DNA of 64,000 nt, from the sequence record OR896157.1. One strand, written 5' to 3'. The notes below the pieces were generated by a model. The model was not told the DNA's origin. It ran no database searches and saw nothing but the letters and a program-made list of their open reading frames with translations. The position numbers were made by a program, and so were the translations under genes. This document shows, piece after piece, positions 22,099 to 31,935 of the stretch (position 1 is the stretch's first letter; every line of letters begins with the position of its first letter). Source of the stretch: a phage.

Positions 22099-23855
22099 AA
22101 ACCGAAAACATGAAGACGATGCGTCGGAAGGTTATTGAAGAGGGTCGTAGTGAAAGAGATGCAGCGAAAGCTGCATCAACTCAAGCCGAATCTTTATCAG
22201 TTCTTTCTTCCCAGCTTGATGATTTACAAACTCAAGCTGAGCTTACGTCTGAAGTAATTGAGGATAAAGGTAATCAAGTTATTGATGCCTTGAATCGCGT
22301 TGACCAAAGCATAATTGATACTACAGCCGGAGCTGAATTAACAGCCGAAGCATCTGAAAGAACTACAGAAGCTGTTAAGCAGCAGACTGAAGTATCAAAC
22401 AAGATTTCAGATAAGCTCAGTAAGCTAACAGAACTTTTAAATGAACGTCTTTCAGCTATCACTCCGAATCTTCCACAGATATCTGTTCCAGATACATCAC
22501 TGTCTGTAGTTGAAGATGCAGTACCTGTTGATATAGTGACACCAGGGTTACCAGAATTACTTCAGGAGTTAATTCCGGACCCGGTCAATAATACCAATAA
22601 CCCTAATGATGCGTTCTTCCCTACCGTTCCAGAGAACCCAGAGAGTGATTCTAAAAAGGGAGCTGATGAGGAACGTAAGAAGAAAGACTCTGACACTCTG
22701 AGCAATCTGCTTAAAGCGACAAAAAGCGGATTCAAAGCTTCAATGAGCATTACAGACAGAATAGCTGGAATGCTTTTCAAGTACACTGTAACTGCTGTGA
22801 TTGAAGCTGCTAAAACAGCTGCACTGCTGTTCTCTATCGTGCTCGGTATAGATGTTATAATGAAGCACTTCAAGTATTGGTCAGATAAATTCACTTCTGA
22901 TTTTGATAAGTTCTCCGAAGAAGCTGGAGCGTGGGGAAGCACATTATCATCTATATTTGGAACACTTGAAAATATTCAGAAGTTCTGGGAAGCTGGAGAT
23001 TGGTCTGGATTAACTGTGGCTATTGTAAAAGGCGTAACTGAAATCATTTACAACCTCGGCGAACTCATTTCTTTGGGAATGTCAAAAGTGGCTGCTGCTA
23101 TTCTTTCACTTATTCCTGGTTTAGGAGATGCTGCATTATCTGTTGAAGGAGCTGCATTGGAAGGTTTCCAAGAAAGAACGGGTAACTCTCTTTCAAAAGA
23201 AGACCAAGACACATTAGCTAAGTATCAATCATCTAAGATTGAAAAAGGCGAAAACTTCTTCGATAAAGTATCTCAAGGTAAAACTTGGATTGTTAACAAA
23301 ATAACTGGAGATGCTAACATTTCTGATTTTGTTACAGATGAAGAAAGAGAATCCCAGAATGAAAAACTTCGTCAGATGAAACCTGAAGAAAGGGAACAAG
23401 TTCTGAAGAAAGGGAATGAAGCTCGTGCTGCTATTGTTAGATTTGAAAAATACATGGAACAAATCAACCCTGATGATAAACGCTCAGTTGAATCAGCTGA
23501 TAAAGCATATGCTAATCTTCAAACGCAGTTAAACGACACTGACCTGAATAATTCTCCTGTAACTAAAAAAGAATTAAGTGCTCGTATGAATATTGTTACT
23601 GCTAAGTATGATAAGCTCAAAGGTAAAGAACCTCAGCCTGCTCCATCGTCTCAATCTGAGGATGTTAAAAAAGTCGAAAGCATTGAGAAGAATAAAGCGG
23701 CTAAAGAGGCTTCATTAGGTACTAGTGCTGGAGCTGCTGCGGCTAACTTGTTCAATACAAATAACGTCATTAACAACAGTAGAACTATAAATACTGTTAG
23801 TCCTGTAACGAGCACTAATGCTCCAGGCGTATTTGGTGCAACTGGTGTTAACTAA
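22095..23855 (+). CDS. 29: baseplate hub / tail-length determinator gp29
   Basis: 586 aa (T4 gp29 590 aa); order 28-29-48. Confidence 0.9.
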   Translation: MKTENMKTMRRKVIEEGRSERDAAKAASTQAESLSVLSSQLDDLQTQAELTSEVIEDKGNQVIDALNRVDQSIIDTTAGAELTAEASERTTEAVKQQTEVSNKISDKLSKLTELLNERLSAITPNLPQISVPDTSLSVVEDAVPVDIVTPGLPELLQELIPDPVNNTNNPNDAFFPTVPENPESDSKKGADEERKKKDSDTLSNLLKATKSGFKASMSITDRIAGMLFKYTVTAVIEAAKTAALLFSIVLGIDVIMKHFKYWSDKFTSDFDKFSEEAGAWGSTLSSIFGTLENIQKFWEAGDWSGLTVAIVKGVTEIIYNLGELISLGMSKVAAAILSLIPGLGDAALSVEGAALEGFQERTGNSLSKEDQDTLAKYQSSKIEKGENFFDKVSQGKTWIVNKITGDANISDFVTDEERESQNEKLRQMKPEEREQVLKKGNEARAAIVRFEKYMEQINPDDKRSVESADKAYANLQTQLNDTDLNNSPVTKKELSARMNIVTAKYDKLKGKEPQPAPSSQSEDVKKVESIEKNKAAKEASLGTSAGAAAANLFNTNNVINNSRTINTVSPVTSTNAPGVFGATGVN

Positions 23856-23864
23856 GGAATAATC

Positions 23865-24914
23865 ATGGCTATAAGAGCTACAGAAATTCTAGATAAAGAT
23901 TTCGGCAGTGGAGAAAAGACCTCTGCCGGTCAAAGTTCTATTTCGTCAACTCGAAGAAGTACTATAGTAGCTCAATACCCGGCACAACGTGCCGCCGGTA
24001 ACGATGCTGCAGGAGACCTTCGTGTTCATGACCTTTATAAAAATGGATTGCTTTTTACCGCATATGATATGAGTTCAAGAACATCTCCGGACCTTCGTAA
24101 TATGCGTCAATCCCAATTGAGTAAATCAGCGAGTTCTATTCTTAATAGCCTCGGAATTAAAAATAACGGCCAAGTTGATAAATCTCCGATTGCGAATATT
24201 TTACTTCCACGTTCTAAATCTGACGTTGAATCAACTTCTCACAAGTTCAATGACGTTGGTGAATCATTAATTACTCGTGGAAATAATTCAGCTACTGGAG
24301 TATTGAGTAACGTTGCATCCACAGCAGTATTTGGTGCATTAGATTCAGTCACTCAAGGTCTGATGGCCGACAATAACGAGCAAATCTATAATACTGCGCG
24401 AAGCATGTATGCGGGAGCAGATAACAGAACAAAAGTATTCACTTGGGATTTGACTCCTCGTTCAGTAGCTGATTTAGTTTCAATTATTCAGATATACGAG
24501 TGCTTTAATTATTTCAGCTATGGCGAAACTGGCAATTCAAGTTACGCTAAAGAATTAAAAGGCCAATTAGATGAGTGGTACAAAACAACTCTGCTGTCTC
24601 CATTAACTCCAGATGGAGCTGATTTGAACAACACGATGTTTGAAAATATCACTTCATTCTTAAGTAACGTTATTGTTGTAACTAACCCAACGGTGTGGTT
24701 CATCAGAAACTTTGGTAAGACATCTAAATTTGATGGAAGAACCGAGTTGTTTGGTCCATGCCAGATTCAGAGTATTCGCTTTGATAAAACTCCGAATGGT
24801 CAATTCAATGGTTTAGCAATTGCTCCTAATATGCCAAGCACTTTTACTCTGGAAATTACTTTCCGTGAAATCTTGACATTAAGCAGGGCATCACTTTATG
24901 CAGAAGGTTTCTAA
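23865..24914 (+). CDS. 48: baseplate tail-tube cap gp48
   Basis: 349 aa; order 29-48-54. Confidence 0.9.
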   Translation: MAIRATEILDKDFGSGEKTSAGQSSISSTRRSTIVAQYPAQRAAGNDAAGDLRVHDLYKNGLLFTAYDMSSRTSPDLRNMRQSQLSKSASSILNSLGIKNNGQVDKSPIANILLPRSKSDVESTSHKFNDVGESLITRGNNSATGVLSNVASTAVFGALDSVTQGLMADNNEQIYNTARSMYAGADNRTKVFTWDLTPRSVADLVSIIQIYECFNYFSYGETGNSSYAKELKGQLDEWYKTTLLSPLTPDGADLNNTMFENITSFLSNVIVVTNPTVWFIRNFGKTSKFDGRTELFGPCQIQSIRFDKTPNGQFNGLAIAPNMPSTFTLEITFREILTLSRASLYAEGF

Positions 24915-25876
24915 TGCTTAATTTAGATGAATTCAACAACCAAGTAATGAACGTTGATTTTCAACGTACAAATATGTTTAGTTGTGTATTCGCAACGACT
25001 CCATCTGCAAAGTCTCAATTATTGTTGGACCAATTCGGTGGAATGCTTTATAATAACTTGCCAGTCTCAGGAGACTGGCTTGGATTATCTCAAGGCGAAT
25101 TTACACAAGGAATTACATCAATTATCACTGCAGGTACTCAAGAACTAGTTCGTAAATCGGGTGTATCTAAGTACCTTATCGGTGCAATGACAAACCGTGT
25201 TGTTCAATCTTTATTGGGAGAATTTGAAGTTGGTACTTATTTACTTGACTTCTTCAATATGGCTTTCCCAACATCAGGATTGATGATTTATTCAGCTAAA
25301 ATTCCTGATAACAGACTGTCACACGAAACAGATTGGCTTCATAACTCTCCGAATATTCGTATCACCGGAAGAGAATTGGAACCACTTACATTAAGTTTCC
25401 GAATGGATTCTGAAGCAAGCAACTGGAGAGCAATGCAAGACTGGGTTAACTCTGTACAAGACCCAGTCACTGGATTAAGAGCTCTTCCTGTTGACGTTGA
25501 AGCCGATATTCAAGTTAACTTACATGCACGTAATGGATTACCTCATACCGTGTGTATGTTTACCGGGTGTGTTCCAGTTTCATGCGGTTCACCTGAATTT
25601 ACTTGGGATGGTGACAACCAAATTGCTGTATTTGACGTTCAGTTTGCTTATCGCGTTATGCAGGTGGGTGCTGTTGGTCGTCAAGCTGCTGCTGATTGGG
25701 TTGAAGATAGGCTTGTTCATGCTATTGGAAATATTTCTGATGACATGGGTCTTGACCCATCATTGTCAAGACTTAGTAGATTAGGGGGCGCTGGCGGTGG
25801 CATTACTCAGATGGGTAATGCAATAGGGCGTAAGACTGGAATGTGGAATAGTACTTCCAAGATACTTGGACTATAG
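24914..25876 (+). CDS. 54: baseplate tail-tube initiator gp54
   Basis: 320 aa, same length as T4 gp54. Confidence 0.9.
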   Translation: MLNLDEFNNQVMNVDFQRTNMFSCVFATTPSAKSQLLLDQFGGMLYNNLPVSGDWLGLSQGEFTQGITSIITAGTQELVRKSGVSKYLIGAMTNRVVQSLLGEFEVGTYLLDFFNMAFPTSGLMIYSAKIPDNRLSHETDWLHNSPNIRITGRELEPLTLSFRMDSEASNWRAMQDWVNSVQDPVTGLRALPVDVEADIQVNLHARNGLPHTVCMFTGCVPVSCGSPEFTWDGDNQIAVFDVQFAYRVMQVGAVGRQAAADWVEDRLVHAIGNISDDMGLDPSLSRLSRLGGAGGGITQMGNAIGRKTGMWNSTSKILGL

Positions 25877-25877
25877 A

Positions 25878-25905
25878 AAAAGGGAGCCGAAAGGCTCCCT
25901 TTGTT
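25878..25905. terminator. bidirectional intrinsic terminator after gene 54
   Basis: GGGAGCC-GAAA-GGCTCCC followed by TTTGTTTTATTT; A-run on the 5' side. Confidence 0.65.
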
Positions 25906-26196
25906 TTATTTACGGAACACCACGAAAGCATTAATAACAACTTCCGAAGACTGCTCAACGTTAGTTACAGTGATTTTAAACGGAACTTCACCATCGAATT
26001 TACCATTCAGAGTATAAGCGATATACCCTTCACATTTATCTTCTGGAATTCCGAACGGTGCCAGTGGAACCATTTCAACCATTCCTTTAGCAATCTTTTG
26101 AATCTCATTAAAGACCATGTTGTTGAATTCGTCAGATACTGGAACTACGCCTTCAACTACAGTTTCTTGGCCATTCATACGCAGAATCGATTTCAT
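25906..26196 (-). CDS. hypothetical protein (alt-proximal small ORF)
   Basis: 96 aa from ATG with GAGGAG Shine-Dalgarno; early-promoter-like motif just upstream. Confidence 0.6.
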   Translation of the reverse strand: MKSILRMNGQETVVEGVVPVSDEFNNMVFNEIQKIAKGMVEMVPLAPFGIPEDKCEGYIAYTLNGKFDGEVPFKITVTNVEQSSEVVINAFVVFRK

Positions 26197-26223
26197 GATG
26201 TTCTCCTCAGTTAGTGTAAGTCT

Positions 26224-26253
26224 ATAGTAACACACTTCCATGTGCGTGTAAAC
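26224..26253 (-). promoter_or_regulatory. early-promoter-like motif TTTACA-N17-TACTAT (copy 1 of 7)
   Basis: Minus-strand ccGTTTACA, 17-nt spacer, TGtTACTAT extended -10; upstream of the 96-aa ORF. Confidence 0.5.
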
Positions 26254-26255
26254 GG

Positions 26256-28391
26256 TTAAAGAACGAACTTCTCTGGAGTGTCTTCAACATCAATCATTGA
26301 AGCCAGCAGAGCAAGAATCTTGTTACTTTCCGACGTCTTTGTGGACTTCACAAATCCTTCAAAATCAAATGGACCTGATTCAGGCTGAGGTTCGTCACTG
26401 TATTCTACTACTTCACCAGTTTCCATCAGAACATCACCGTCATAAACAACAGCTTCGTCTAATTGGTCAGCAGTCATTACTTCGCCTTGGATGAATTTCT
26501 GATTGTCATGCACGAGACCATCACTATAAGAAGCATCTACAATGTTGTTGACTTTCAGCATGGTACCACGAGGCAGAATAACTTCCATTTCACCTGACAT
26601 ATTACTTAAGTCGCCAGGATAAACCACGTTAACTTTCTCGCCGCCAGTAATAGCCCAACCAATCATGACTCTTGTGCTTTCAGCTTGCTGAACATCTTTA
26701 GCTGCATGAACCTCATCAGTAAGACCTAATTCAGCATAAGTCATAGAAGCTAACTTGACAGTTTCTGCACTGTTATCTGGCTGATTCAATACTGCACGAG
26801 TATTATCAGAAGCCATTGCAACCGCTTGGTTACCTTTCCAACCGCCAAAGATAATTGGAGATAAAGATGTTGAAACATAGTTTCTGAAATAGAATACTCT
26901 GTTCTTAACCATAGCTTCAAAAATTGGTTTACGAACTGACTGTGAACGCCATAAGGTAAGTCCTTCTGGAATTCTGTCGCCGCGTTTAAATGCATCGTCC
27001 AAATTTTTGATAGCAGTAGTAACTTCTTTATAAGACAGTGTATCGTAATTGTCAGCTCTATAACGACCTAAAAGCATATTGTTGATGTCTGAATAACCGG
27101 AACCAACATACTCTTTAATGCCACGTTTTTCTGCATTTGTATATTGAAGAGGCGTACGAGTACGAGTAATATCTTCAATAGTAGCAGAAACGTTTTTAGC
27201 ATAACCTTGAAGAGCTGCTTTAATCATTTTGGTACGTTCAATGTTCCAAAGATTGTTAGCCATTTGCTCTTTATCTTTTGGCTCAAGGTATTGTGGAACT
27301 TTAGTCATGATATGTTCCATTGCTTCATGTTTACGTTCTTCTAAAGAGTCCAAAAGAGTTTGAGTATATGCCTGCATACTCTTAACAGAAGTTAATGGAG
27401 CATTGCCAATTCTTGATTCAAGTTCTTTTACGAATCTTTGTTCAAATTTCTCAGATTGGCTCAATTTAATCGTAGTCAACGATTTTAAATGGAAAATAGC
27501 ACCAGTAGCTGCTAATTGAGCAGAACGAGCTTTAGCCGCTTTAGATTCTACTGCATCCTTCAATTGCTGAGCTTCTGGAATAGGATTTGCCGTTGCGGGT
27601 TTACTGAATTCGGCAGCAGTAGCTTCGTATTTTTCAAATTCTTCTGGGTCATGAATAATGTCAGAAGTTAAAGATTGACTTGCTGCTACTTGACGACGAG
27701 ATACCTTAGCACGAGCAATAACAGATTGGTCGGTACGTTTGTCGTTCTCTTGAGCAATAGTAGCTGCTAACGCTTCTGATTTAGAAACCTGTTTACCTGA
27801 CTTATTGTTGATGTAAACATCGCCAACATCAGTATCAACCTTGGTGAACTCTTCTGTTGATATCTCTGGGATGCCAGGGACGGTTGAGAGGTCAACATTC
27901 TTACGATGAATAAGAACATACACGTACTTCTTATCGTAATCATAGAGTTCTTTCAGGATAACAAAACGACCGCCCAAACGACTCATCACCAAACGGTTGA
28001 TAATCATCTGAACTGCTCGAGCTTGTCCACCCATTTTGCTTTTAGCAATACGGAACATAACTGCATCCATTTTGTATTTCTTCACAGTTTGAGATACTAA
28101 GTCAAACATGGTAGAAATAACACCCAATGGATTACCACCAAGATTTTTCAGCTTAACCAAAGTACCTTTTTCAGATACACCAAGCACAATAGCATGCATC
28201 ATTTTATCGCCAGGTTTAACGTTCTTGTTAACGTCGCCACCGCCGGTGTAAGAACACATACGAAGAGCTACTGAACCTTCTGGAGCAGCAATTGCAAAAA
28301 TCTGTGGAATTTTAGTTTTCGGATAAAGATTAGTGACCGGAAGCATTTCTGAATCCGCGTCAAAAATCTCATTTAATTGAAATTCGGTCAT
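26256..28391 (-). CDS. alt: Alt, ADP-ribosyltransferase
   Basis: 711 aa from ATG at 28391; N-terminal half closely matches T4 Alt as recalled (...LPVTNLYPK.KIPQIF..., LKELYDYDKKYVYVLIHRKNV). Confidence 0.92.
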   Translation of the reverse strand: MTEFQLNEIFDADSEMLPVTNLYPKTKIPQIFAIAAPEGSVALRMCSYTGGGDVNKNVKPGDKMMHAIVLGVSEKGTLVKLKNLGGNPLGVISTMFDLVSQTVKKYKMDAVMFRIAKSKMGGQARAVQMIINRLVMSRLGGRFVILKELYDYDKKYVYVLIHRKNVDLSTVPGIPEISTEEFTKVDTDVGDVYINNKSGKQVSKSEALAATIAQENDKRTDQSVIARAKVSRRQVAASQSLTSDIIHDPEEFEKYEATAAEFSKPATANPIPEAQQLKDAVESKAAKARSAQLAATGAIFHLKSLTTIKLSQSEKFEQRFVKELESRIGNAPLTSVKSMQAYTQTLLDSLEERKHEAMEHIMTKVPQYLEPKDKEQMANNLWNIERTKMIKAALQGYAKNVSATIEDITRTRTPLQYTNAEKRGIKEYVGSGYSDINNMLLGRYRADNYDTLSYKEVTTAIKNLDDAFKRGDRIPEGLTLWRSQSVRKPIFEAMVKNRVFYFRNYVSTSLSPIIFGGWKGNQAVAMASDNTRAVLNQPDNSAETVKLASMTYAELGLTDEVHAAKDVQQAESTRVMIGWAITGGEKVNVVYPGDLSNMSGEMEVILPRGTMLKVNNIVDASYSDGLVHDNQKFIQGEVMTADQLDEAVVYDGDVLMETGEVVEYSDEPQPESGPFDFEGFVKSTKTSESNKILALLASMIDVEDTPEKFVL

Positions 28392-28431
28392 TATGAGTCC
28401 TCTATTGTTTCTTATATTTATAGACAATTAA

Positions 28432-28445
28432 AGCCCCGAAGGGCT
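28432..28445 (-). terminator. C(UUCG)G hairpin between gene 30 operon and alt
   Basis: Plus AGCCC-CGAA-GGGCT, UUCG loop in minus-strand RNA. Confidence 0.4.
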
Positions 28446-28663
28446 TAGACTGCAATAATATTCCTGAAGATTTCAACTTTTCCACCGCCACGAGTAGCAA
28501 TGACCTCGTGTTTGTTGATTCCTGAAACTCGACCATCTGTAAATGATTCTACTTCACCTTGTGGGCGGAATGGTAATTCGACCAAGCTCTGTGTTACATT
28601 AGCGGCTCGTCCTGAGCCTTCACCTGGGTGAGCAATTGTGATAATCTCTAAATAGAATTTCAT
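28445..28663 (-). CDS. hypothetical protein
   Basis: 72 aa; start overlaps the ligase stop. Confidence 0.5.
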   Translation of the reverse strand: MKFYLEIITIAHPGEGSGRAANVTQSLVELPFRPQGEVESFTDGRVSGINKHEVIATRGGGKVEIFRNIIAV

Positions 28664-30105
28664 AGACCAGTAACCTCATGGAAATCGCCCCAGATATCAG
28701 CAAACGTATTTGCTACATCTTTGTCACGACGCATTTTAATTGCAATAGGCAAGAACAGTTTGACATAATCTGTCCGGCCTTCAGCAGCTAACCAACCATT
28801 ACATTCGGATTCAAGAATACCACCGATGTATTCATTTTTATTCAGCCAAATACGAGTACGGTCTAACTCGTGCCAATCTGAAATTTTGTCTTTAAGACCT
28901 GAACCAGCTTTAACTTTAATCAGACCACATTCTGATTCAAGATAAAAACCACCGGCTTTGCCTGGTTGTTTACTATGCTCATATATATCAACAATGCGAA
29001 GGTCAATCGTAATAACTTCTTTGAACTTATAAAGGTTTTTAGAACGAGTGTTTTCCCAGAAAGCACCAATGTTCTTCAGGATAATACCTTCAAGGCCTTC
29101 ATCAACATATTTGCGATAAATGACCTTGGCTTCATCAAGATTATGAACGATGTGGTTCTCAATCAGAATCATCTGAGAGTAACCTTTAACCATCAGTTCT
29201 AATGCACGGAAGCGAACATCATACGCAAATCCAGATTCTTTACCTTCGGAATAAACAACATCCAACGGAACGTAATCCCATACCTGGAATTTCATACCAG
29301 CAGCTTCTTTAGCTGAGATAGTTCCTTTCAGAGATTTATTGGCCAACCCGTTTGACATTGTACGGGATTCTTCTTTGAATTCCTTAGCTTCACTTAACTC
29401 AGGTAAATCGCCAAAGATATCGTCCAACGGACCAGCAGGTTCAACGATAGCATGATAAACGAGTTCACCGTCAATCATTACACCGCCAGGATGGCGTTCA
29501 CGAGCTTCTTTAGTCATTTCGATGAGCTGTTGTTTCAGCAAATCTAAACCAAGATACTCGTTACCAGCACGAGACAGAATTTTTACATCGTCTAATTCAT
29601 CACCACGGATTTCAGCAAATGCTCGTGCGCCATCAGCCTTCAGCTGCGCAAATGCAGGGAACTTAATGTTCTTTTTAATGCCTTTTTCATCGTAAGATGA
29701 AGCAAGCATTTGAGGTTGTTCAGGAATTAGATTTTTCCATACTTTATTCGCAATACTACGGGATGCGCCACAGCGCAAATCACGAAGCAGAACTTTCTTA
29801 ATAACTTCTGCATCCGCATCAGATGTTTGAGATAAAGCAATTTCAAGTTTTTCCTTTGCGGCATTACCGGTCACAACTCGCTTAGCTAATTTTTCTTCTA
29901 GCAAATAAAGCATGTCTTCAAGAGTAAGATGAATATCACCTTTAGGTCTCGTATCCCACTTCTTGATGTAATACTGGAGCTTACCATCATAAGTCATTCT
30001 GAATACTCGCTTCAAAAGCTCATTATCTTTATGACGACGAATGATAGCTTCTTTTTCTTTTGTAGAGCCAATTGAAGCAATTTCATTGATAATATCTAAA
30101 ATCAT
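28660..30105 (-). CDS. 30: ATP-dependent DNA ligase gp30
   Basis: 481 aa from ATG at 30105; near-identical to T4 DNA ligase over long stretches as recalled (...NIKFPAFAQLKADGAR..., ...DYVKLFLPIAI...). Confidence 0.96.
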   Translation of the reverse strand: MILDIINEIASIGSTKEKEAIIRRHKDNELLKRVFRMTYDGKLQYYIKKWDTRPKGDIHLTLEDMLYLLEEKLAKRVVTGNAAKEKLEIALSQTSDADAEVIKKVLLRDLRCGASRSIANKVWKNLIPEQPQMLASSYDEKGIKKNIKFPAFAQLKADGARAFAEIRGDELDDVKILSRAGNEYLGLDLLKQQLIEMTKEARERHPGGVMIDGELVYHAIVEPAGPLDDIFGDLPELSEAKEFKEESRTMSNGLANKSLKGTISAKEAAGMKFQVWDYVPLDVVYSEGKESGFAYDVRFRALELMVKGYSQMILIENHIVHNLDEAKVIYRKYVDEGLEGIILKNIGAFWENTRSKNLYKFKEVITIDLRIVDIYEHSKQPGKAGGFYLESECGLIKVKAGSGLKDKISDWHELDRTRIWLNKNEYIGGILESECNGWLAAEGRTDYVKLFLPIAIKMRRDKDVANTFADIWGDFHEVTGL

Positions 30106-30163
30106 ATTCACCTCGTTTATTGTCCCGAGCGGGTATGACAATTATATCATACCCTTTGTAAAG

Positions 30164-30394
30164 CTATTGACCGCGATACTCACGAATGAGTTCAGCCAAA
30201 GTTCGGTGGTAAAGTACTCCACCATTTTTACGAGTAATGTAGATTGCGCCATTGAACATTGCATCAATCATTTCACGTTGCTTTTGATTATCAGCATGAA
30301 TGTTGCGCGCCTTGAAGAACTCTTCTTTGTTTGCGAAACTTTCAATACGCTTGGTTGCGTCTGTTTGAGGGAACCATTCAATTACGTTAATCAT
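30164..30394 (-). CDS. hypothetical protein
   Basis: 76 aa; start overlaps stop of the HAD-like gene (ATGA). Confidence 0.55.
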   Translation of the reverse strand: MINVIEWFPQTDATKRIESFANKEEFFKARNIHADNQKQREMIDAMFNGAIYITRKNGGVLYHRTLAELIREYRGQ

Positions 30395-31254
30395 ACTTTA
30401 CCTATAGTAGTTTTAGCTGTAGGCTGACGATTCAGATATTCGATACCTGTCCCGATTCCAAAGTTTGGACGATGCACAGGAAGATTTCCTGGATGCTCAT
30501 ACCACGGCTTATAATCAGAAGGACCTGGATTTACCCATTTCTTTGGAAATTCTGGAAACTTATCAAATGGCCAATTCGGAGTAGTCTTTTCAACCTTTTT
30601 GAATAAGTCGCTCAGCTTATCACCAAGGCTTTCCTGGAATTCGCGCTGATTCATCAGACGCTGAACATGTTCCCAGTTATGCACCTTTTCTCCATATTTA
30701 GAGGAGGTGTCTCGCTGACCACGAGGCATAAACATGCAATTGACTTCGCCGCCAAAGACTTCATAAGCTGAATCTACGTGATGAGGAAGGTCATCAATAT
30801 AAGCAACAACTCTGTCGCCATATTTTTCTTTTATTTTCTCGAAGAGCTTGGTTTTTGGCTCAGAGTGGTCGCAGATGAAAGTTTCAAGAAAAGCACCTGG
30901 GAACAAAGCGTTCAAGTTGAATTGACGATTCAGTTTAGCATCAACAGAAGTACCAAGCGCAGTAACCGCAACGAAGTCATACTTATCTTTCAGAGCATTG
31001 ACAACTTTCAGAGCATCGTCGTATGCTGCCAGATAGCGAATGAAATCTGAGCAATTATATTTGACCATCAGCTGTTGAGCAAATTCTTCGTCTACACCAA
31101 ACAGATCTTTTGGCGCAACGAATTGGTCATCAATAATCATTTCAAGAATGTGGTGAACAGGCAGATTGTACTTCTGAGCGAAGTAAGGCAAGCCTGATTG
31201 CCACTTTACTAATACACCGTCTACATCAGTAGAGATAATTGGTTTATTTGACAT
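30391..31254 (-). CDS. HAD-superfamily phosphatase-like protein with about 90-aa C-terminal extension
   Basis: 287 aa; HAD motif I DVDGVL near N-terminus, Thr in VAVTALGT, DD in AYIDDLPHH. Confidence 0.65.
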   Translation of the reverse strand: MSNKPIISTDVDGVLVKWQSGLPYFAQKYNLPVHHILEMIIDDQFVAPKDLFGVDEEFAQQLMVKYNCSDFIRYLAAYDDALKVVNALKDKYDFVAVTALGTSVDAKLNRQFNLNALFPGAFLETFICDHSEPKTKLFEKIKEKYGDRVVAYIDDLPHHVDSAYEVFGGEVNCMFMPRGQRDTSSKYGEKVHNWEHVQRLMNQREFQESLGDKLSDLFKKVEKTTPNWPFDKFPEFPKKWVNPGPSDYKPWYEHPGNLPVHRPNFGIGTGIEYLNRQPTAKTTIGKV

Positions 31255-31420
31255 TTTTAGCCTTCATTTTAGCAATCATGTAAGCCGCGATACAAGATTT
31301 ACCCGGCAGTGATGGTTGTCCAACTCCACTTAATAGAGTAGTTAACTCTCCTACTTTAATACCGCCTTGATTTAAGCGTTTTAAAACATCAAGACCTTTC
31401 ATATCATATTTGACTTGCAT
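31244..31420 (-). CDS. unannotated small ORF (58 aa)
   Basis: ATG-initiated frame MQVKYDMKGLDVLKRL... below the 60-aa track cutoff; ends 11 nt inside the HAD-like gene. Confidence 0.35.
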   Translation of the reverse strand: MQVKYDMKGLDVLKRLNQGGIKVGELTTLLSGVGQPSLPGKSCIAAYMIAKMKAKNVK

Positions 31421-31567
31421 AACATTTTCTCAAAGGTTGTGATACTGTTAGCTGGGCCACTTAGAGTTATCTCTATGAACCCAGGCTGACTTGAAGGACC
31501 AATTCTGTATATACATATGGCTAATGTTCTTGCGTATTCCAGAAGGTCCTTCGTTAACCCTCTTACA

Positions 31568-31771
31568 TTAAACTGTTTCATAAACTTCGTCATTAGCAGC
31601 TTTAAGAGGCTCGATTTCACATTCTAAACGAATATCAGTATTCCCGTCAACCCATTGTACTTCATAAGCAGGTTGAACACCATATTCTGGAATTGATTCA
31701 GCAGTATCACAGATGACTCCCGGAATACCGCCTTTGCGCAGCTGTACTGGTTGTAAAATGTGGTATTTCAT
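31568..31771 (-). CDS. hypothetical protein
   Basis: 67 aa; start forms ATGA overlap with the upstream 55-aa ORF. Confidence 0.5.
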   Translation of the reverse strand: MKYHILQPVQLRKGGIPGVICDTAESIPEYGVQPAYEVQWVDGNTDIRLECEIEPLKAANDEVYETV

Positions 31772-31935
31772 TCTGCCACCGCATAAGTTAGAATTTGATG
31801 AAAGAAATCAGGGCATTCAAGCTGATACTTGACTTCTGTATCAGAGACAGTTACGCCCAGCACTTCAATCATCGGATTGCTCAACATGCCGCGTTCAAAT
31901 TCAGGTGCTTTATTAAGAGGAATAGTGATAATCAT
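31768..31935 (-). CDS. unannotated small ORF (55 aa)
   Basis: Frame MIITIPLNKAPEFERG... coupled at both ends: TAATG with the upstream gene and ATGA with the downstream gene. Confidence 0.5.
   Translation of the reverse strand: MIITIPLNKAPEFERGMLSNPMIEVLGVTVSDTEVKYQLECPDFFHQILTYAVAE

Noticed and set aside
31399-31620. 73-aa minus-strand ORF from the track
   Set aside because: Overlaps two better-supported ORFs and an intergenic stem-loop; implausible composition
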